This document shows, piece by piece, positions 40,021-49,423 of a stretch of 64,000 nucleotides of DNA. Origin of the DNA: Spirochaetia bacterium (GTDB taxonomy: Bacteria; Spirochaetota; Spirochaetia; UBA9216); NCBI GenBank assembly GCA_965140585.1, contig OZ223267.1, forward strand, positions 128,001 through 192,000. Direction: 5' to 3'. The notes below the pieces were generated by a model, which was given only the letters and a program-made list of their open reading frames with translations, did no database searches and was not told the origin of the DNA. A program made the position numbers and the translations under genes. How positions within the stretch are numbered: the stretch's first letter is position 1; every line of letters starts with the position of its first letter.

Positions 40021-41202
40021 ATGCGAAACAGATTTTTATTTATTCTGATAATAGCGACGCTCATTGTACCGGTTTCAATGGTTTCGGCTAACGAAACTGC
40101 AGCGGTATGGACAAGAATATACGAGGGAACTCCATCACTTGAGAATAAACTCTCAGTTATGAAGAGTATATGTGAACTGCACGACAGGGATTTAGCTCCG
40201 ATGATCACCGATACGCTTACTGAACTCGTTTATTCCAAATATCAGTATTCAACAACAAGAGATCGTCAGCTTATTTCGGATTTGAAAAGAGTGATGATTA
40301 CAGAACTTGGTAATCTGAAGGCCGTTGATGCAACACCGGTAATGTTCAAAGTTTTTGAGGAAGAGGATAACGATTTTCTTAAAGCAATAGCTATTGCCGG
40401 TATCGGTGCTGCAGGCGGACGCGACTATGCAGATGAAATTGCAGATTATCTTAGATATATCAACCTTGATATTATTCAAATTGATAATAATGAAAAAAGG
40501 GAATCCCTGGTAGGTGCATGTATATACTCACTTGAGAGACTTAAAATGCCGATCGGCTTTGAACCGGTCTTCTATGCTGCGGTAGGCGGCTACAACAGAA
40601 ATACCATAGCAAAGGCCGAACGGGCCCTTGTTAACATAATGGAAGACCCCTCGGATGAGCTGGCCTCAATAATTAGGGCTGATACACCGTATGAAATTCG
40701 TTATGCAGCCTTAAGTGTTGAGGAGCGCAGCAATGCTTCGGCTGAAAGGAAAACCGAAGTTGCTTCTGCCGCTCTGGAGGTTTCTCTTGTGTATAACGCG
40801 GCCACTCCGCGGGAAAGAGAATATCAGTCACGTTCAAAGATAAAAGCAGCTGAAATGATTCGCGATCTCGGTGTTGCTGATGATAATGCGGTTCAGTGGC
40901 TCGGAAGAATGCTCAACAGTTCTACGGATGTCAACGAGCTGGTTACCAGTCTTCAGGCTCTCGGTACCTATACAAGCGATGCTGCTGTAGAAGTGCTGAG
41001 TAAATATCTTAGGGATAACAACCAGAGAAGATCCTCAGGTATTCAGTACAATGATGAAAGAGCCATCAGGGAATGTATAAATGCGCTGGGAAACAGCGGT
41101 AATCCGAATGCCCGAGCTGAACTTACCATGGTTGAGTTTTCAAACTGGAGCAGTCAGACTATAAGAATGGCAAAGAATGCTTTAAAACAGCTTCAGCAGT
41201 AA
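40021..41202 (+). CDS. Exported HEAT-repeat protein (paralogue of 35532-36731)
   Basis: Signal peptide and LGxxG helical repeats. C-terminus DERAIRECINALGNSGN...AKNALKQL parallels DEQIILGVIRNLGKLGD...AREALKNL. Confidence 0.75.
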   Translation: MRNRFLFILIIATLIVPVSMVSANETAAVWTRIYEGTPSLENKLSVMKSICELHDRDLAPMITDTLTELVYSKYQYSTTRDRQLISDLKRVMITELGNLKAVDATPVMFKVFEEEDNDFLKAIAIAGIGAAGGRDYADEIADYLRYINLDIIQIDNNEKRESLVGACIYSLERLKMPIGFEPVFYAAVGGYNRNTIAKAERALVNIMEDPSDELASIIRADTPYEIRYAALSVEERSNASAERKTEVASAALEVSLVYNAATPREREYQSRSKIKAAEMIRDLGVADDNAVQWLGRMLNSSTDVNELVTSLQALGTYTSDAAVEVLSKYLRDNNQRRSSGIQYNDERAIRECINALGNSGNPNARAELTMVEFSNWSSQTIRMAKNALKQLQQ

Positions 41203-41274
41203 TCCGGTAAAAATGCCTGGAAGGTATTCCGGGCTTGATATAGACGTTCGGTAAAAACAGATTTGCTGATCGCC

Positions 41275-41312
41275 AAAAAAAGGGGCAGGTACTAATCATA
41301 CTGCCCCTTTTT
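41275..41312. terminator. Bidirectional intrinsic terminator
   Basis: AAAAAAAGGGGCAG-N12-CTGCCCCTTTTT between convergent genes. Confidence 0.75.
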
Positions 41313-41333
41313 ATTTGTATTGATTTTAACTGT

Positions 41334-42212
41334 TTAGAGTATACCGGTATCAGCCATGATCTTTTTAAAGGTCTGCTTGTCATCATCTGACATTTCGCAA
41401 AGGGGCAGTCTGTAAACTTCCTCCATCATGCCCTTGAGTGCGCATCCGTATTTAACAGGAACCGGGTTTGAGTCTATAAACAGTCCTTTGAAGAAGGGGA
41501 GCAGATGATAGTGAATTTCTCTGGCTCTTTCAAAATTACCTGCGTTTGCGTTTCTGACAAGTTCTTCCATCTCTTCCGGGATGATGTTGCTTGCTACAGA
41601 AATGATTCCCCTGGCTCCGCAGGCGATCATCGGCAGTCCCAGATTGTCATCTCCTGAGAGAATTGTGAAATCATCAGGTTTGTATAGAGCCAGTTCCATC
41701 ACCTGCGGAATACTTCCGCTTGCTTCTTTTACCGCAACAATATTCGGATGAGCAGCAAGCTTGAGCATTGTGCTGTTTTCTATGTTCTTTCCGGCTCTGC
41801 CTGGAATATTATAAACAACCATAGGTAGTTCTACAGCGTCGGCAATAGCCATAAAGTGACGGTAAAATCCTTCCTGTGAGGGTTTGTTGTAATAAGGAGC
41901 TACCTGCAGACTGTAATCGGCTCCTGCTTCCTTTGCGTGTTTTGTCAATCGGATGGCTTCTTCGGTGGAGTTTGAGCCAGTTCCGGCTATTACGGGAACC
42001 CTTCCGGCAGTTTTTTCAATTACGGCCTCTATAACCTTGTCATGTTCTTCATGGTTAAGGGTTGGGCTTTCTCCTGTTGTTCCAACCGGAACAAGTCCTG
42101 ATATACCCCTATCTATCTGAAACTCAACAAGGTTTTCAAGGCTTGTCTTATCCACTGAGCCGTCTTTGGCGAATGGGGTTACAAGTGCTGTAAATACACC
42201 TTCTAAATTCAT
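41334..42212 (-). CDS. dapA: 4-hydroxy-tetrahydrodipicolinate synthase
   Basis: GTTGESPTL, PYYNKP, YNIPGR, VKEASG, LSGDD, NPVPVK. Confidence 0.97.
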   Translation of the reverse strand: MNLEGVFTALVTPFAKDGSVDKTSLENLVEFQIDRGISGLVPVGTTGESPTLNHEEHDKVIEAVIEKTAGRVPVIAGTGSNSTEEAIRLTKHAKEAGADYSLQVAPYYNKPSQEGFYRHFMAIADAVELPMVVYNIPGRAGKNIENSTMLKLAAHPNIVAVKEASGSIPQVMELALYKPDDFTILSGDDNLGLPMIACGARGIISVASNIIPEEMEELVRNANAGNFERAREIHYHLLPFFKGLFIDSNPVPVKYGCALKGMMEEVYRLPLCEMSDDDKQTFKKIMADTGIL

Positions 42213-42976
42213 TTATTCACTCCTGCTTTATTGATTATATCCTGCATATTATATTGTCCCGGAGGACAGTCTGCCAGAAACCTTGCTGCAGCAATTGCTC
42301 CTGTTGCAAATACATTTCTTGAGTTTGCTGAATGCCCGATAGTGATTATTTCATCAGCTCCGGCAAAAAAAACATCATGCTCGCCGACAATTGTTCCTCC
42401 GCGAACTGCATGAATCCCCATTTCATTGGGTTTTCGCTGACAGTCTTTGCCCGATCTGCCGTTCACGTATTCAAGACTGTTGTCAAGTGCTTCATTGATG
42501 GAGTCTGCAAGCATAAAAGCCGTACCGCTCGGGGCATCTTTTTTCATCTTATGATGTTTTTCAACTATCTCGATATCAAATGCGCTTCCAAGCACAGTTG
42601 CGGCTGTTTTAACAAGCTGCTGAAGCAGGTTGATGCCGAGCGACATGTTTGCAGATCTGAAAATGGCTACAGATTCGGATACTATTTCAATCCATTTGAG
42701 ATCTGCATCACTTAAACCGGTGGTTGCAATAACAGCCGGTATCTTTCGTACAGCAGCTTCATCGAGGTAGCCTGCGAGAGTCGCAGGATTTGAAAAATCA
42801 ATGATGACATCCGCTGATTCCCTGCATTCTTTAAGGGTTTTGTAAACCGGAAAAGCACCGTCACTTGCAACAAGATCTATTCCTGCTGCCACTTCCATAT
42901 CGGAGCTTTCATTAATGAATGAGGTAAGAACTTTACCCATTCTTCCGCTGCTTCCTATCAGGATAACTTTAATCAT
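42209..42976 (-). CDS. dapB: 4-hydroxy-tetrahydrodipicolinate reductase
   Basis: GSSGRMG, IDFS, ATTG, ANMSLG, EKHHKMKKDAPSGTA. Confidence 0.97.
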   Translation of the reverse strand: MIKVILIGSSGRMGKVLTSFINESSDMEVAAGIDLVASDGAFPVYKTLKECRESADVIIDFSNPATLAGYLDEAAVRKIPAVIATTGLSDADLKWIEIVSESVAIFRSANMSLGINLLQQLVKTAATVLGSAFDIEIVEKHHKMKKDAPSGTAFMLADSINEALDNSLEYVNGRSGKDCQRKPNEMGIHAVRGGTIVGEHDVFFAGADEIITIGHSANSRNVFATGAIAAARFLADCPPGQYNMQDIINKAGVNK

Positions 42977-43116
42977 AAGGCCTCCTCACATAAGCGGTAT
43001 TTTGTTTGAACAAAAAGGAAGGAAAAGAAATTTTTTGACAGTAAATCCAATATTTATCTCCTCTAACCTTGCCCGGATTCAAGAAGATACAGGATTTCCG
43101 TAACTCTGAAAAGTCA

Positions 43117-43293
43117 GGTGACTAGCTCCCCAGCGTACTTAAAGTAGCGCTGACAGTTTTGGAAGTATTAGCTCCCAAGCCCAGAAAACTGTTCTGCGGA
43201 AAACAGCCTCTTCGGCGGCATTACCTTTCGGTCAGCTTCACGGGCGTCCGCGGCCTCAGCTGCCTACTAATTAACTGCCGCACCTCTATCACC
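43117..43293 (-). ncRNA. Lysine riboswitch (L-box)
   Basis: Minus strand GGTGATAGAGGTGC...AGTA...GAAAGG...GCCGAA...TGGG...AATA...ACTGTC...GGGGAGCTAGTCACC. P1 ends pair, and the element lies upstream of dapB-dapA. Confidence 0.93.
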
Positions 43294-43313
43294 GGTGCAA
43301 TCAATTTGTACTA

Positions 43314-43342
43314 AACATAACTATTGAAAAATGTATTGTCAA
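43314..43342 (-). promoter_or_regulatory. sigma70 promoter of the riboswitch-dapBA transcript
   Basis: TTGACA-17-TATGTT on the minus strand, about 20 nt before the aptamer. Confidence 0.7.
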
Positions 43343-43395
43343 GACCCGGTGTTTTAATTCTCAGACCTCGAAAGATTTCTTTATTCAGCCGCTTT

Positions 43396-44052
43396 TTAAT
43401 TCAGCTTCTGCATCAAGGAATTGAAACCGCGTATATTCTGTGCCAATTCCGAATCATAACGGTTTGAAAGTTCGATTATTATTCCGGGAATCCCCCTGTT
43501 ATAGAGGTAACCGGAGGCTGTGCCTGTGAATGGAACGCCTGAAGGCCGGGTACTGCCGACATATATTTTATATCCTGAAGCTTTGGAATATGCTTCCGCC
43601 AGCCGCTTTGCCGGTTCCCATGCATCAGGAAATCTGCATGGCAGAAGCTTATCTCTCTCCAGACGAAGGGCTGATTCATCAAGCAGTGCAGGATCTGCCT
43701 CGCCTGCTATACGGTAAAGGCCATCCGGGTTTAGCACGGGGATTATATATAAAATGATATTTGACGGTATTTCATCGGTGTTTTTGCTGTAATGGTCAAG
43801 CATATCCCTTACGAGTATAACGGAATTCCATTCGTAGCCTCCGTGTATTCCTCCTATCACTATCAGGTTTGATTTATTTTCATTACTGCTGCCAGGTAGA
43901 GAAAGTCCGGTTCCCTGTATTGTATAAGAATAAATAGGCCGGTTCTCTACTGAGCTGCCAATGATATCCTGCGCAGAAATATGACTGCCGAAAGCGAGTA
44001 ATAAAATTGCTGATAAAGATAGTATTCTTTTTATGTTTAAGCTTTTTTTCAT
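43396..44052 (-). CDS. M14 zinc-carboxypeptidase-like protein, apparently internally deleted (possible pseudogene)
   Basis: Signal peptide, IGSSVENRPI, GGIHGGYE, IPVLNPDG and IIEL are present. The NRN motif and the third Zn-ligand segment are missing. Confidence 0.65.
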   Translation of the reverse strand: MKKSLNIKRILSLSAILLLAFGSHISAQDIIGSSVENRPIYSYTIQGTGLSLPGSSNENKSNLIVIGGIHGGYEWNSVILVRDMLDHYSKNTDEIPSNIILYIIPVLNPDGLYRIAGEADPALLDESALRLERDKLLPCRFPDAWEPAKRLAEAYSKASGYKIYVGSTRPSGVPFTGTASGYLYNRGIPGIIIELSNRYDSELAQNIRGFNSLMQKLN

Positions 44053-44154
44053 AAATATTAAATCATTATGTTTACTGATAAAGTCAAGTAAAGGGGGCAG
44101 AGATATCTTTAATATTCAGCTTGATTTATACAGAATTGTTATACCGGAAGGTAT

Positions 44155-44231
44155 AAAAAAAGCCGACCGCTTGATTATTCCGGTCAGCTTTTATCAGGAA
44201 AGAGGGCGGTTATACCGCTCTCTTTTTTTTT
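44155..44231 (-). terminator. Tandem hairpins / terminator after pta
   Basis: GAAAGAGGGCGG-TTATA-CCGCTCTCTTT and AAAAAAAGCCGACCG...CCGGTCAGCTTTT. Confidence 0.6.
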
Positions 44232-44232
44232 A

Positions 44233-45225
44233 TCAGGACTGTGCCATGGTAACTGCAGATGTGGTAACAATATCTTCTACGCTGCAGCCTCTTGAAAGGT
44301 CACTGACCGGTTTGGCAAATCCCTGAAGGAAGGGGCCGTAGGCTTCAGCACCAGCAAGTCTCTGTACAAGTTTGTAGCCGATGTTTCCTGACTGAAGATC
44401 CGGAAAAACAAGTACATTTGCCTTTCCCGCTACCTTTGAACCGGGAGCCTTGCTGCTGCCGACGGAAGGTACGATTGCCGCATCAAGCTGCATTTCACCG
44501 TCTATGTTCAGGTCCGGACGCTTTTCCTGTGCCAGTTTTGTTGCTTCAACGACCTTGTCAACATTCTCATGTGATGCAGAGCCCTTGGTTGAGAATGAGA
44601 GCATTGCTGTGCAGGGTTCTGCATCAAGAAACTTTTTACATGATTCTGATGCTGCAATAGCAATTTCTGCAAGCTGTTCAGCGGTCGGGTTGGGGATTGT
44701 CGCACAGTCGCTGAAAATCATATTTCCGTTAACGCCGTATTCTGAGTCCTTCATATACATCACAAAGCAGCTGGATGCTGATTTAACACCAGGAGCAGTT
44801 TTTACTATTGTGAAAGCGGCACGCAGAACATTTCCTGTAGAGTTTTCAGCGCCTGCAACCATAGCGTCAGCATCATCCTTTCTCACCATCATTGCTCCCC
44901 ACTTAAGCGGATCAACCATAGCCTCTTTTGCCTGCTCTTCTGTAACGCCCTTGCTTTTTCTGAGTTCAAAATATTCAGCGGCATATTCATTCATTTTATC
45001 TGAAACTGCCGGATCAATAATTTCAATTCCGTTAATATTTACGCCTGCATCTGCTGCAGCGCTCTCAACATCTGCCTTGACACCTATCAGAAAAATCTTT
45101 GAAGCCAATCCCTCATCAACAAGGATTCTTGCTGCCTTGATAGTCCGTGATTCGGTACCTTCCGGAAGCACAAGTTTTTTCTGTAGTTTTTTGGCCTTTT
45201 CTTTCATGAGTTCTGCGAAAGCCAT
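44233..45225 (-). CDS. pta: Phosphate acetyltransferase
   Basis: LVLPEG, LRKSKG, FSDCA, MLSFSTKGSA, DGEMQLDAA, FPDLQSGNIGYK, DLSRGC. Start ATG 45225 behind AGGAG. Confidence 0.96.
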   Translation of the reverse strand: MAFAELMKEKAKKLQKKLVLPEGTESRTIKAARILVDEGLASKIFLIGVKADVESAAADAGVNINGIEIIDPAVSDKMNEYAAEYFELRKSKGVTEEQAKEAMVDPLKWGAMMVRKDDADAMVAGAENSTGNVLRAAFTIVKTAPGVKSASSCFVMYMKDSEYGVNGNMIFSDCATIPNPTAEQLAEIAIAASESCKKFLDAEPCTAMLSFSTKGSASHENVDKVVEATKLAQEKRPDLNIDGEMQLDAAIVPSVGSSKAPGSKVAGKANVLVFPDLQSGNIGYKLVQRLAGAEAYGPFLQGFAKPVSDLSRGCSVEDIVTTSAVTMAQS

Positions 45226-45330
45226 ATCTGAATCTCCTTGGATCAATAATCTTTTACTAAATAATAGTACAATATCAATTCTTTGCACAGACTCATTGAG
45301 AAAATATAGCAAAGTGATTATTATTGCCGC

Positions 45331-46047
45331 ATGAAGATAGCAGTATACGGTATGGGCAGATTCGGAGCCTTCTGGGCGTCGCGACTTGCTGAGCATGCCG
45401 GTGTAAGCGGTTTTACAAGAAATCAGGAAAGGGTTTTTCCTGCTGGAGTTAAGAGGATTAGTGAAAGCGAGCTGTCCGGTTTTGATGCCGTATTTTTATG
45501 CTGTGCAATCAGCGCGGTTGAAGAAGTTCTTGAAAGAATAAAACCATATATAAAGCCCGGAACCGTTGTTTTGGACACCTGTTCTGTAAAAATCGAACCG
45601 GCTACTCAGATGCAGAGAATCCTTCCCGAAGATGTGGAAGTCATTGCGACTCATCCGATGTTTGGTCCCGATTCCGGCCGGAACGGAGTTCAGGGCCTCC
45701 CTATAGTTTATTCACCGGTCAGAGCTTCGGAAGAAACTGCTGCTAAATGGTATGATTTTCTTAAAAGCATGGGGCTTCATGTGATAGAGATGACTCCTGA
45801 CGAGCACGATCAGGAGGCCGCCTTTACGCAGGGTGTAACCCACTTTATCGGCCGTGTCCTGGACCAGCTGAAACTTCAGAAGAGTCCCATTGCTACAGTG
45901 GGTTATCAGAAACTTCAGGAAATAGTTGAGCAGACCTGTAACGATCCAATGCAGCTTTTTCTCGACCTTCAGCGCCATAATCCTCATACCAAGGAAATGC
46001 GTGCCAGACTTAAAAAAGCACTGGACGACACCCTCAGCCTGTTCTGA
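45331..46047 (+). CDS. tyrA: Prephenate/arogenate dehydrogenase
   Basis: GMGRFG, DTCSVK, THPMFGP, EHDQEAAFTQGVTH. Confidence 0.9.
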   Translation: MKIAVYGMGRFGAFWASRLAEHAGVSGFTRNQERVFPAGVKRISESELSGFDAVFLCCAISAVEEVLERIKPYIKPGTVVLDTCSVKIEPATQMQRILPEDVEVIATHPMFGPDSGRNGVQGLPIVYSPVRASEETAAKWYDFLKSMGLHVIEMTPDEHDQEAAFTQGVTHFIGRVLDQLKLQKSPIATVGYQKLQEIVEQTCNDPMQLFLDLQRHNPHTKEMRARLKKALDDTLSLF

Positions 46048-46276
46048 TGTTTTCTTAAACATTTAATTTATTCAGGCGCCATGACAAAATGCTGTAAAAG
46101 CATTTATTGTGCAAATATTAAGCCTGAAAAAATAGCTCAAAGAGCTATCTCTCTATAAACGGATTTATACTTTGAAAAAACAGTTCGCAGAGCTGACATA
46201 TTAATTATGAATGCATTAGATGTTTTCTTAAACATCTAATGCAGAGAATAGACAGTTCAAAGAACTGTCTATTCTC
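46046..46276. repeat. Hairpin-rich intergenic element with a 17-bp direct repeat
   Basis: GATGTTTTCTTAAACAT at 46046 and 46219. Perfect 14-bp stem at 46212-46243 and 15-bp stem at 46244-46276. Confidence 0.7.
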
Positions 46277-46316
46277 CCTTGACAAGAACCTAAACAGACA
46301 GATACGATGGTGGGAT

Positions 46317-46742
46317 ATGAGTGACATTCAGATACAAAATATAGATGAAGCAGAAATTGATACAATCCTTGAAGATGATATTGAATTCACCGGAGACCTC
46401 GGGTTTGATAAATCCCTTCTTATAAAAGGGAAACTTAAAGGTAACGTAAAAGCCGCCGGGGACCTGTATGTTGCAGAAAGTGCTGTTGTGGATGCACGGG
46501 TTGAAGCACATATTGTTTCGGTCAAAGGCCGTATAAACGGAAATATATACGCCTATGAGAGAGTAGAACTTTTTTCATGCGGAAGAATTGACGGTGATAT
46601 TACGGCGCCCGACATAATTATGGAAAGCGGCTGTACCTTTAACGGAATATGTACAATGCGTTCACCGCGTGATGTTCTAAAATCCGGGCAGAAAGATGAA
46701 CCAATTAACGAAGTTCAGGAGTTAATAATAAATGAAGAATAA
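46317..46742 (+). CDS. Bactofilin (polymer-forming cytoskeletal protein)
   Basis: DTILEDDIEFTGDL...GRINGNI...GDITAPDIIMESGCTFNG beta-helix. Start 46317 behind TTGACA-18-TACGAT. Confidence 0.92.
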   Translation: MSDIQIQNIDEAEIDTILEDDIEFTGDLGFDKSLLIKGKLKGNVKAAGDLYVAESAVVDARVEAHIVSVKGRINGNIYAYERVELFSCGRIDGDITAPDIIMESGCTFNGICTMRSPRDVLKSGQKDEPINEVQELIINEE

Positions 46743-47367
46743 AAAGTTAATTACCGTTTTATCAATACTTTTACTGGCTTCAGCTGCTTTTGTTTCAGCA
46801 CAGGACAACCGGGCTGATGCACTTCTCGAATACCGTAATGGTAATTTTGACAGGGCCATCTCAATTTGTCTCGAGGAAATAAGGCAGATGCCCAGAAATA
46901 TGGATTCATATGTTGTATTGGGGTGGAGTTACCTTAAAAAAGGCGATAATGCCGGGGCATTAAAATCGGCCCAGGATGCGCTGAAGATTTCAAGGCATGA
47001 TATCAGGGTTATTGAGATTGCCGGCGAAGCTGATTACTATCTGGGCAATAATCTTGATGCATTAAAATATTTTGAAGAATACACAGTTCTGGCTCCGACC
47101 GGAGACCGTATTGAACTGGTTTATTTTTTTATGGGTGAGATATTCATCAGGCTCGGTGAATACAACAGGGCTGATATCGCCTTCACCACAGCTGTTTATC
47201 ATTCACCGAATACAGCCAGATGGTGGTCCAGACTCGGTTATGCACGCGAGATGGCTGAGGACTGGCAGTATTCTCTTGAAGCCTATGACAAGGCTCTTCA
47301 GCTTAATTCAGCCTACACAGAAGCTATACGCGGAAGAGAACGTGTCAGTAAAAAACTGGGGACATGA
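46732..47367 (+). CDS. Exported TPR protein
   Basis: Signal peptide followed by about 5 TPR motifs. Confidence 0.85.
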   Translation: MKNKKLITVLSILLLASAAFVSAQDNRADALLEYRNGNFDRAISICLEEIRQMPRNMDSYVVLGWSYLKKGDNAGALKSAQDALKISRHDIRVIEIAGEADYYLGNNLDALKYFEEYTVLAPTGDRIELVYFFMGEIFIRLGEYNRADIAFTTAVYHSPNTARWWSRLGYAREMAEDWQYSLEAYDKALQLNSAYTEAIRGRERVSKKLGT

Positions 47368-48737
47368 TGAGGGCTTCTTTTTATACTTTAGGCTGCAAGC
47401 TTAATCAGTGTGAGAGCGAAGCCCTGGCTACGTCGTTTGACAGCCAGGGCTTTTTAATTGGCTCATACCGTGATTCCAGTGATATTTATGTAGTAAATAC
47501 ATGTACAGTTACTTCAAAGGCGGAACAGAAGGCAAGGCGGATGATAAGGAAGATGTCGGCAGAACACCCTTTTGCTGTTGTTCTTGTTACAGGATGCTAT
47601 GCCCAACTTAATGCCGAAGATTTGAAACTTGCTCCCAATGTCATTGTTGTTCCCCATGATCAGAAGGCTCGAATTAATGAACTTCCTGCACATCTGGATG
47701 AGTCCGGATCAGGTGAGGAAGGCAATGATCTGATTAATCAAGTCCGCTCTTACTTCGGGATGCTGTCTGATAACGCTGTACGGCCGGAATCAGAAGAGCT
47801 GCCGCAGCGGTTCTGGTATGATTCGGTTAACTTTAATTTTCACACCAGGGCATACCTGAAGATTCAGGACGGATGTGATAACCGCTGTGCATACTGCAGG
47901 GTGCCACTTGCACGGGGAAAAAGCATAAGTCAGGATATCAATTTGCTCTGCGAGCAGTTTAAGGAACTGCAGAATAAGGGTTATCTTGAAGTTATCCTTA
48001 CTGGTGTGAATATTTCATCATATAAGGATAAATCAGGTGCTGATTTTACAGATCTGCTGCAGAGACTATGCAGTATCAGGGATAAGACACGAATACGGCT
48101 CTCATCGATCGAACCTGAATCTATTACTCCGAGACTCGCAGAAGTTTTAAAGGATCCTGGAATTTGTCCTCATTTTCATATTCCTGTTCAGTCAGGAAGT
48201 GATAGCATTCTTGAGGTCATGAAAAGGAAAAACCGGCGGGCTCAGATAATCGAAGCGGTTAGACTGCTTCGTGAGGCCAAGGATGATCCCTTCATAGCAG
48301 CTGATATTATTGCTGGGTTTCCCGGTGAAACAGATGAAGATTACAGGCAGAGCTACAGCCTGCTTGATGACTGTGGTTTCAGCGCTCTTCATGTGTTTCC
48401 ATATTCATCAAGGCCCGGAACTGCCGCCAGTACTATGAAAAATCATGTTCCTGAAAGAATTACATCGCAGAGGACTGCTGAACTGCGTGAGCTTTCTGGT
48501 CGTAAGAACCGTGAATATACCCAAAGATGGATGAATAGAGAGCTTGAAGTTTTAATCGAAGAAAAAAAGGGTAACTGTTCATACGGAATCAGCTCAAATT
48601 ATTTGAAAATCGTTTTTTGTGATATACTTAAGGAAGAGGGAAGTCTTTGTACTGTGAAACCTGAACCGGGACTCTCTTCTGATAAAGCCGCCGGTTCCGA
48701 CGCTATTCCCTGCCGATTTATAAAATGGATAGTTTGA
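47364..48737 (+). CDS. mtaB: tRNA threonylcarbamoyladenosine methylthiotransferase MtaB
   Basis: TLGCKLNQ, NTCTVT, TGCYAQ, KIQDGCDNRCAYC, HVFPYSSRPGT. Confidence 0.93.
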   Translation: MMRASFYTLGCKLNQCESEALATSFDSQGFLIGSYRDSSDIYVVNTCTVTSKAEQKARRMIRKMSAEHPFAVVLVTGCYAQLNAEDLKLAPNVIVVPHDQKARINELPAHLDESGSGEEGNDLINQVRSYFGMLSDNAVRPESEELPQRFWYDSVNFNFHTRAYLKIQDGCDNRCAYCRVPLARGKSISQDINLLCEQFKELQNKGYLEVILTGVNISSYKDKSGADFTDLLQRLCSIRDKTRIRLSSIEPESITPRLAEVLKDPGICPHFHIPVQSGSDSILEVMKRKNRRAQIIEAVRLLREAKDDPFIAADIIAGFPGETDEDYRQSYSLLDDCGFSALHVFPYSSRPGTAASTMKNHVPERITSQRTAELRELSGRKNREYTQRWMNRELEVLIEEKKGNCSYGISSNYLKIVFCDILKEEGSLCTVKPEPGLSSDKAAGSDAIPCRFIKWIV

Positions 48738-48781
48738 TTTTATAAGTTCTTTTGACGATAATTCTGATTAGGAGGGCTGTA

Positions 48782-49393
48782 ATGAAAATAAAACTCATTA
48801 TGGTTGCAGTACTTATATCAGCTGCCCTTATACTTGCTTCCTGCCAGCAGGTTTTTACCAGTAGTGTTTACACTCTTTTAGGTTATTCAACCGATATGTC
48901 CAGTATGACCGATGAGCAGAAGGTCTCATACGCACAGGATTTGCTCAGTTCCGGCAGTGCAGAAGATATGCAGACGGCATATGATGAAATTTTTGCGATG
49001 CTTGGTGATGATCTGAGTGCTGCCGATCCTGAACTGGTACTTCTTGCCGCCGATTTGGCTGTAGGTGCCTCCGGTCTTGGAGATGCTGTTACAGACGGTC
49101 TGGAACTGCTGACTTCCGGTTCAGAGGATGCCGATGCAATGACAAGTCTTATTGAGGGCATAAATACTGATAATCTTGCAGATGCTGTAACTCTAATGGA
49201 AGCTGCTGAAGCCAGCGGTACCGAGATAACCGAAGAACAGTATGCCAATGCTGCCGCAGCCCAGCTGCTTGTAGCTGCAGACGGTGATATAAATAATCTT
49301 GATTTTGAGAGTCCTGATGATGATCTTCAACAGGCCCTGGACTGGGCTGTACTTGGCGGAGTAGATCTGGAATCTCTGTTTGCCGGCGGTTGA
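48782..49393 (+). CDS. Acidic alpha-helical lipoprotein
   Basis: Lipobox LASC, GGAGG RBS, strongly Asp/Glu-rich. Confidence 0.75.
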   Translation: MKIKLIMVAVLISAALILASCQQVFTSSVYTLLGYSTDMSSMTDEQKVSYAQDLLSSGSAEDMQTAYDEIFAMLGDDLSAADPELVLLAADLAVGASGLGDAVTDGLELLTSGSEDADAMTSLIEGINTDNLADAVTLMEAAEASGTEITEEQYANAAAAQLLVAADGDINNLDFESPDDDLQQALDWAVLGGVDLESLFAGG

Positions 49394-49423
49394 TAGTACA
49401 ATTAAAACAAAACGGAGATTCTG

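Noticed and set aside
45254-45270. TTACT-N7-AGTAC upstream of tyrA as a TrpR operator
   Set aside because: Spacing is one base shorter than the E. coli GNACT-N8-AGTNC site, one half is imperfect, and the context is AT-rich.
44450-45334. 294-aa plus-strand ORF
   Set aside because: It is the antisense shadow of pta, with Ser/Ala-rich composition and no motifs.
46046-46235. Direct repeats as a mini-CRISPR
   Set aside because: Only two 17-bp copies about 170 bp apart, and no cas genes.
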